A stretch of 28,822 bases of DNA from positions 1 through 28,822 of the forward strand of contig QPMI01000616.1 in the NCBI GenBank assembly GCA_004431415.1, written 5' to 3'. Source of the DNA: Cyanophora paradoxa CCMP329. Taxonomy: Eukaryota > Plantae > Glaucophyta. Below, one piece after another: positions 23,376 to 28,822 of the stretch (the first letter of the stretch is position 1; every line of letters starts with the position of its first letter). A program made the translations under genes and the position numbers. The notes under the pieces are model-generated. The model had not been told where the DNA came from and did not search any database. It worked only from the letters and a program-made list of their open reading frames with translations.

Positions 23376-23986
23376 TTGCGGAGACTGAATTCGGGACTTG
23401 GCCGGAGTCCGAATTCCGTCCACACGAGAATGTCGAGACCTACCCCAAGGGGTGTTACAGCTCCTGGACACCTCAACAACAACTGACATTCCCGATCTCT
23501 TCCGTAGCCGCGCAAATCTATGAGAACTTCAAGCCTGTTGTCGTACCCCGACGCTCGCAACCACGGCGCTACATCTCCCGAGCCCGACGCCTCTACCCGG
23601 AGGTCTACCACCGACGACCGCCCGAACCCAACTGCAAGGAGGGCGAGGCGGCGCATGTTGGCTCCGTCGATGCTGCTGCCGACATCCCGCTATCCCACGA
23701 GGCCAGCGAGCGTCTCATGTCGTACGTCGCACGTGTCGTCACCCCTTACACTGCTCGAACCGGCGATCACTTCAACGACAAGGAGCTCATGGAGCTGGCC
23801 AGTTTCTTCGAGCCTCACTTCGCCCGCTTCGACTCCGAGCCGATGCTGGTTGGCCCGCAGTCGGCCCCACGGTGCCCATCGCGTCCGTCAATGCCGACGC
23901 TCGAATGGAGCCCCCGTCGAGTGACACTGCGCCTCCTACAAAGCCATCGCCCGAGACCATCAAGGCGATGGTGGACGCCCTGTTGA
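23111..23986 (+). CDS. Polyprotein fragment: degenerate dUTPase-like beta domain plus pre-RT linker
   Basis: KDITVRPGES ... FFVQICNPHRRPVRLRAGTVIAE resembles dUTPase-fold scaffold strands; catalytic motifs are not evident. Lies between PR and RT, joined by frameshifts. Confidence 0.55.
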   Translation: MAKDITVRPGESLVRCYMPQTTSNTTLGAPEVLLTPPPLLLDDDGFDGADEVEFLVPYQIHRNPAHGTFFVQICNPHRRPVRLRAGTVIAETEFGTWPESEFRPHENVETYPKGCYSSWTPQQQLTFPISSVAAQIYENFKPVVVPRRSQPRRYISRARRLYPEVYHRRPPEPNCKEGEAAHVGSVDAAADIPLSHEASERLMSYVARVVTPYTARTGDHFNDKELMELASFFEPHFARFDSEPMLVGPQSAPRCPSRPSMPTLEWSPRRVTLRLLQSHRPRPSRRWWTPC

Positions 23987-25734
23987 AACCATCGGAGTCG
24001 AACCCCGACGCCCTTCCCGAGGATCGCACTCAACTCCAGAACCTTCTCACGCAACGCCAGCACTGCTTCGCCCAGAACATCAATCCACGCGAGCTCCTGA
24101 AGTACAAGCACAGCATCCGACTTCTGCCCGGCGTCCCCGCCAAGCACCTCCCGCTGTACACCGTCCCTCGCCGGCTCTCTCCGCCTGCGGAGAAGGCTGC
24201 GAAGGCGGAAATCGAGAAGCTGCTACGCGACGGTCTCATCGAGCCTTCGCAAGCTGGTTTCGGCAGCCCCGTGGTGCTGGCACCGAAGAAGGATGGCACG
24301 ATGCGATTCTGCGTCGACTACAGGAAGCTCAATTCCCTCACGGAACGTGATGTCTTCCCGTTGCCACGCATTGAGGACCAATTGGAGCGCCTACAGGGTG
24401 CGTCCACGTTCTCGACTGGCGACGCAACGTCGGGTTTCTGGCAGTTGGAACTCGACGAGGAGTCACGTGACCTGACGACATTCATCGTCCCCTGGGGAAT
24501 GTACAGGTGGAAAGTGACCCCTTTTGGTATCACGAACGGCCCAGCGGCGTTCTGTCGAGCCGTGACGTCAATTTTGGGCAACCTTTTGTCCACCTGCGTC
24601 GTGGCGTACGTCGATGACCTCACGGTCCACTCGCCGAACGTCAAACAACACCTTCTCGACCTGGAGGCCTTCTTCGCTGCGATCGACCGCGGTAACCTCA
24701 AACTCAAGCCCAGCAAATGTCGTTTCATGGTGCGGGAAGTCGAGCTGCTCGGATTCCGTGTCAGCAGCGACGGCATTCGCATGGACCCCAAGAAGGTTGA
24801 GATCATCTCCAAGATCACGGCGAACGAACTCCAGACTGTCGAGCAACTCCGCAGTTTCCTCGGCCTCACGGGCTTCTACCGGCGCTTCGTACAGAGTTAC
24901 GCGCGACGGGAACTTTCCCTGCGAGACCTCCTCACGGACGCACTACGAGCCGACCGGCTCAACTTGGTGTGGAATGACGAGGCTCTCGCTGCGTTGGACG
25001 ACCTCAAGAAGGCGATGTGCGAGGACATTGTGCTGATGCTGCCCGACTTCACGAAGCCGTTCATCATTTACACGGACTGGAGCAAACGGGCCATGGGAGC
25101 GGTGCTCATGCAGGAGGACAAGGACGGCCGCGAGCGCCCGATCGCATTCATCAGTCGTACTCTGACAAACATGGAGCGCAAGTACCAATCACCAACGGAG
25201 GGCGAATGCATTGCGGTACTCTGGGCGGTTAAGGTCTGGCACCACTACTTCGTCTGCGGCCACCCGTTCACGATCCGCACGGATCATTCGGCGTTGCAAT
25301 GGTTGAAGACACAGGAGCTGGCGAACAACAAGACGCTTGGGCGCGCGGCCATCGCCCTCAACCACTACAACTACACTATCGAGTACCGCAACGGGCGGTC
25401 GAACGTCGTTGCGGACTGCTGCTCTCGCCTTGCGGAGACGCACGCAGTGTACAAGCCTGGCGGCGCTGACGGCACTGACATCACGACTTCGATACCAGAC
25501 GGCGCTCACGGGTTCGGTGTGCCCGATGCGGGAGACTACGACGATCCACGCGAACTCTACCGCGTCGCCATCCACCGCACCTCCTCGGCCCTGCAACATA
25601 CTCTGGACGGGCGGCGTGGATCCCTACTGGGGATAGACGCCGCGCCACCACGCGACCCGAGCACCTTGCCCCGGCGCCACCGCGCCGAGACCGCGACGAC
25701 CCTCAGACTTCACGGCGACGTCCAAGGTCGTTGA
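23872..25734 (+). CDS. pol: Ty3/Gypsy reverse transcriptase - RNase H
   Basis: SPVVLAPKKDGTMRFCVDYRKLN, FPLPRIED, DATSGFWQ, TPFGITNGPAAF, YVDD (24607-24618), LRSFLGLTGFYRRFV; RNase H FIIYTDWS, TEGECIAV, TDHSALQWL, NVVADCCSR (ends 25428). Confidence 0.97.
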   Translation: MPIASVNADARMEPPSSDTAPPTKPSPETIKAMVDALLKPSESNPDALPEDRTQLQNLLTQRQHCFAQNINPRELLKYKHSIRLLPGVPAKHLPLYTVPRRLSPPAEKAAKAEIEKLLRDGLIEPSQAGFGSPVVLAPKKDGTMRFCVDYRKLNSLTERDVFPLPRIEDQLERLQGASTFSTGDATSGFWQLELDEESRDLTTFIVPWGMYRWKVTPFGITNGPAAFCRAVTSILGNLLSTCVVAYVDDLTVHSPNVKQHLLDLEAFFAAIDRGNLKLKPSKCRFMVREVELLGFRVSSDGIRMDPKKVEIISKITANELQTVEQLRSFLGLTGFYRRFVQSYARRELSLRDLLTDALRADRLNLVWNDEALAALDDLKKAMCEDIVLMLPDFTKPFIIYTDWSKRAMGAVLMQEDKDGRERPIAFISRTLTNMERKYQSPTEGECIAVLWAVKVWHHYFVCGHPFTIRTDHSALQWLKTQELANNKTLGRAAIALNHYNYTIEYRNGRSNVVADCCSRLAETHAVYKPGGADGTDITTSIPDGAHGFGVPDAGDYDDPRELYRVAIHRTSSALQHTLDGRRGSLLGIDAAPPRDPSTLPRRHRAETATTLRLHGDVQGR

Positions 25735-26760
25735 CGCCCGACACTCAGCGAGTGCGTGACATCGTCGAGAACGGCGGCCTGGAAGACGTGGAGTCCCAGA
25801 TCACGCTGGAACGGCTCCACGAGAACGGCGCCCTCTCTGCCCCCGACGTCGTACCCATGGAAGTTGACACGCCTGCACCGGCCGCAGCGGCAGACGAGGC
25901 GGGCGCGACGGCCCCTCCTGCACGGCGACGCCGCGGGGTGACGAACCTCGAGCATACACTCGACGGCGCGGCCTGGCTACCGGCCGAGGGTCGCCGCCGC
26001 CGACTTCAAGTTCGAGGACAGGAGAGCTCCGCTGACGGGCTTCAAGCTCGAGGACGGGAGAGCTCGGCCCGGAGGCCTCGGTCTCAGTCACCGGAAGGAG
26101 GGGGAGGGGGTACAGACGAGGAGAGCGAGCCGTCGCTACCCCGTCCATCTTTGCGAGCTTCGATCGTCAAGCAGCTGACCGCACGCTACGCGACTCTGTG
26201 GAACGGGCACGACGCGGGCCCTCACGGATGACGGCCAATCTTCGCAGTCCTCGGCGTCCGACGGAACGTCGAACTCAAGACGGAGCACGGCTTGGAGTGT
26301 CCCGCGCCAATACCAGCGACGGCTTGAAAAGGACTACGCTGACCGCCTCGCCAGTGATCGCGACAGACGTTCGCGTGCGGCCCGAGATCTGCACGAAGCC
26401 TCGCGGGAGAGGACGGCGACGACGCTCGAACGGCGACGCCAACTGGCAGAGATGGGCCGTACCCCGTCTGAGATCGACGCGCTCGTACCCCTGCCCTCTG
26501 TTCGGAACCGAACCCCGGAGGAGCGGCGCAGACGGCGACAATCCCGCAAGGCGCTGAACGCCAAGGCATGCCCCGTACCGCGGGTGAAGCCTCCCAAGGG
26601 CAAGAATTCACGGCAGTCTCGATATGCATTGCGCCCCCGCGCATCTCGAGTTGCTGACGAGGAAGAGTAACATGCACTTCCTGCGCAAGAAACGTGACCT
26701 CGGTCGTCCGCGACCTGATCCCAACTTCTAGCAGCGCTATCGCCCCGCTGGACGAAGGTG
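25731..26760 (+). pseudogene. Frameshifted RNase H-integrase linker of unknown function
   Basis: Overlapping + ORFs 25731..26231, 26198..26557, 26452..26670; low-complexity and basic; 36-bp duplication at 26004/26040. Confidence 0.45.
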
Positions 26761-28413
26761 AAGGCGCCCAGAATGAGCCGAACACACGTTCGCTTGCCGC
26801 GTGGCACCGTTGTCATGGACACCTGGAGCGAGGGCCCCCGCCCCCTCGTTGACGTTCCTCCGCCACCGACGATCCGTGAACTTGTTTCCGATGGGACCGC
26901 GGTCATCATGGCTCAGGCTCGTGACCCTCTTTGCCAGATGGTGTTCGCACTTCTTCGCGAGAAGGAGAACCTGGCGCGCTGTCACTCCCACTACACTGCT
27001 GGTGAACGTGACCCGGAGGTGCTTGGGAGCTGCATTCTCTGCAAGTCTGCACGCGATCGCTTCGCTCGTGAAGCTACTCAGTACACGATCGATGAGCAAG
27101 ATACCGTACTGCGGTTGCCCTTGCTCCCCACTATGCGGCCTCAGATCGTTGTACCCCCAGAGTGGCGGGAGAAGATTGTTCACGCTTACCACGATGACTG
27201 GGCTCACCGTGGTGCCCCCATTGTTGCTCGGCGCATCGCCTCACGGTTTTGGTGGCCGGGCATGACGACTGCTGTCCATCGCTACGTGAAGACGTGCCGA
27301 CACTGTCAGTTTGCCAAGGCTCACAAGAAGCCGAAGTCACAATTCACTGTGATCGAGTCTGAGCATCCTGGCGACTTGCGTCAAGCCGATCACTTCCCTA
27401 TGGCGCCCTCTGAGAACGGTCGACTTCACCGTTTCACACTTGTGCACATTGACGTCGACGCTTTTACCAAGTACCCTGAGATTTTGATGCTGACGGAGGC
27501 TGATGGTCGTGCCTGTGAGTGGGCTGCACAAACTGTGTACGCGAATCACGGCCCTTGCAAGCGGTATCTCACGGATAACGCCAAGGTCTTCACGCCTACT
27601 AGTCTCTGGGGCAAATTCTGGACTCGCCAGGGTACTCGGTTGATTTACGCTCCCACGTCCCACCAGTCCACGAACGGCGGTGCTGAGCGGCTTGGTGGCA
27701 TTTACAAGCGCTTGGTGTATGCTCTTTGCGATGAGAACGGGGAGGACAATTCCCATTGGCCTTTCTATCATTATCGCGTGCTCTTCGCTCTCCGGACCAC
27801 GATTCACGCTGCCACTGGTTTTTCACCCGCCGCTCTGCACTTTGGACGAGAATTGATGTTGCCTGGCGATCTTCGTCTCGACCTCACCCTGCGCGAACCT
27901 CACGAAGATCCCGTTTCTCTCTACGATTACGCTTTGTCGGTCGCTCGAGCCGCCCGCGACCAAATCTCTGCCGTCCGAGAACACCGCAAACTTTACAACA
28001 AGAAGTTGCTTCGCTATGGCACTGGCCGTGAGCCGCATCGTGTTTTCAAGCCTGGTGACAAAGTGTTGTGCTGGATTATCAGCGCGAAGACCAGTAACGT
28101 CAAGCGCACTGGGCCTCGCAATGGTTGGACTGGCCCTTACACTGTCACTGAGGTTCACTCTCACGGTCTTTTGTACACTGTCCGAGGCGATGACACTTCA
28201 CTGGTGTATCGCTCGCGCGAGGTTCTCATGCACGTTGATCTCATGATCGCTTTTCACGAGCGTCCTGCCAATGTTCTCGCTCCCCGCAAAGCCGGTCGCC
28301 CTCGCAAGGCCCCCGTGCCTGTGCCGCCCGATCATGAGGTCCCCGTGCCTCCGCCACCTGCCGTTGATCCCGATTCACTTTCCGATGATGACACGACGGA
28401 TGACGAGTCTTGA
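26758..28413 (+). CDS. Ty3/Gypsy integrase (HHCC zinc finger, DDE core, GPY/F module, AT-hook)
   Basis: YHDDWAHRG...RFWWPGM...CRHC; core QADHF / LTDNA / NGGAERL (D-x36-E); TGFSPAALHFGR; FKPGDKV...WTGPYTV; RKAGRPRK at 28285-28308. Confidence 0.95.
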   Translation: MKAPRMSRTHVRLPRGTVVMDTWSEGPRPLVDVPPPPTIRELVSDGTAVIMAQARDPLCQMVFALLREKENLARCHSHYTAGERDPEVLGSCILCKSARDRFAREATQYTIDEQDTVLRLPLLPTMRPQIVVPPEWREKIVHAYHDDWAHRGAPIVARRIASRFWWPGMTTAVHRYVKTCRHCQFAKAHKKPKSQFTVIESEHPGDLRQADHFPMAPSENGRLHRFTLVHIDVDAFTKYPEILMLTEADGRACEWAAQTVYANHGPCKRYLTDNAKVFTPTSLWGKFWTRQGTRLIYAPTSHQSTNGGAERLGGIYKRLVYALCDENGEDNSHWPFYHYRVLFALRTTIHAATGFSPAALHFGRELMLPGDLRLDLTLREPHEDPVSLYDYALSVARAARDQISAVREHRKLYNKKLLRYGTGREPHRVFKPGDKVLCWIISAKTSNVKRTGPRNGWTGPYTVTEVHSHGLLYTVRGDDTSLVYRSREVLMHVDLMIAFHERPANVLAPRKAGRPRKAPVPVPPDHEVPVPPPPAVDPDSLSDDDTTDDES

Positions 28414-28822
28414 ATCACAGCCCGTACTGCGGTTTACCGGATTCACTTCCGTTGTCGATGACGTGCCCTTCACTGGGATGTGGCTTGCGAGTTTCGGGAA
28501 TTCTCTCTGGCGCTGGGTCAGCGGCTGATCACTGCTGCCTGGTTTGCCCTCAACAAATGCGCAGCTCTACATCTCTTCTGATCCAGCCGCGTGGAAGCGT
28601 CTGTGAGGACCTGGAGAGCTGTTGCCGATAGGGTTTCCTAGCCGTTAGTGCTTGTTTGCACTTCGTTCGCAGTAGTACCGTGACTTGACCCGCGGTTCTC
28701 GCGATTTCCTGAGTCACTGTACCCCTGTACGAAGATGCGACCCTAGCTACTTTTTCTGACTCTAGCTTGATACTTTCCGGTAGCCGTGTCCTAGGGTACA
28801 CAGTAGTCTGTGATTAGCAGCT

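Larger units (their letters stand above)
11656..28822 (+). mobile_element. Giant Ty3/Gypsy-type (Metaviridae-like) retrotransposon internal region; boundaries not defined
   Basis: Domain order PR-RT-RNase H-IN on the + strand is diagnostic of Ty3/Gypsy. Overlapping coding-like + strand ORFs run continuously from ~11660 into the protease frame. Including 11656..21000 in the element is an inference. No LTRs seen. Confidence 0.75.

Noticed and set aside
24318-24869. Antisense ORFs over pol and the cargo region
   Set aside because: Shadow ORFs of GC-rich coding sequence with no motifs.
28414-28640. Chromodomain after integrase
   Set aside because: The YRIHF...W peptide is interrupted by a stop and lacks the YLVKW/TWE pattern.

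Overview
GC-rich, almost certainly eukaryotic repetitive DNA with no host genes, in two parts. (1) 1..~11650 is a large non-coding palindromic structure. Two ~3.4-3.8 kb inverted arms each end internally in a 40-bp G-rich (left) or C-rich (right) minisatellite and a TGATCA/TCATGA-rich border. They enclose a head-to-tail array of ~12.6 copies of a 348-bp, ~51% GC unit that can fold into G-U-containing hairpins on the + strand. Arm identity is highest in the inner part and decays outward. The layout resembles an inverted-repeat regional centromere or a foldback element. (2) ~11656..28822 is a very long Ty3/Gypsy-type retrotransposon on the + strand with protease, dUTPase-like linker, RT, RNase H and integrase (with AT-hook). 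It is preceded by ~11 kb of frameshifted coding-like sequence with no recognisable family and has a ~1.4 kb RNase H-integrase spacer. No LTR, PBS or PPT is visible. Many frameshifts look like single-base deletion errors of long-read sequencing.
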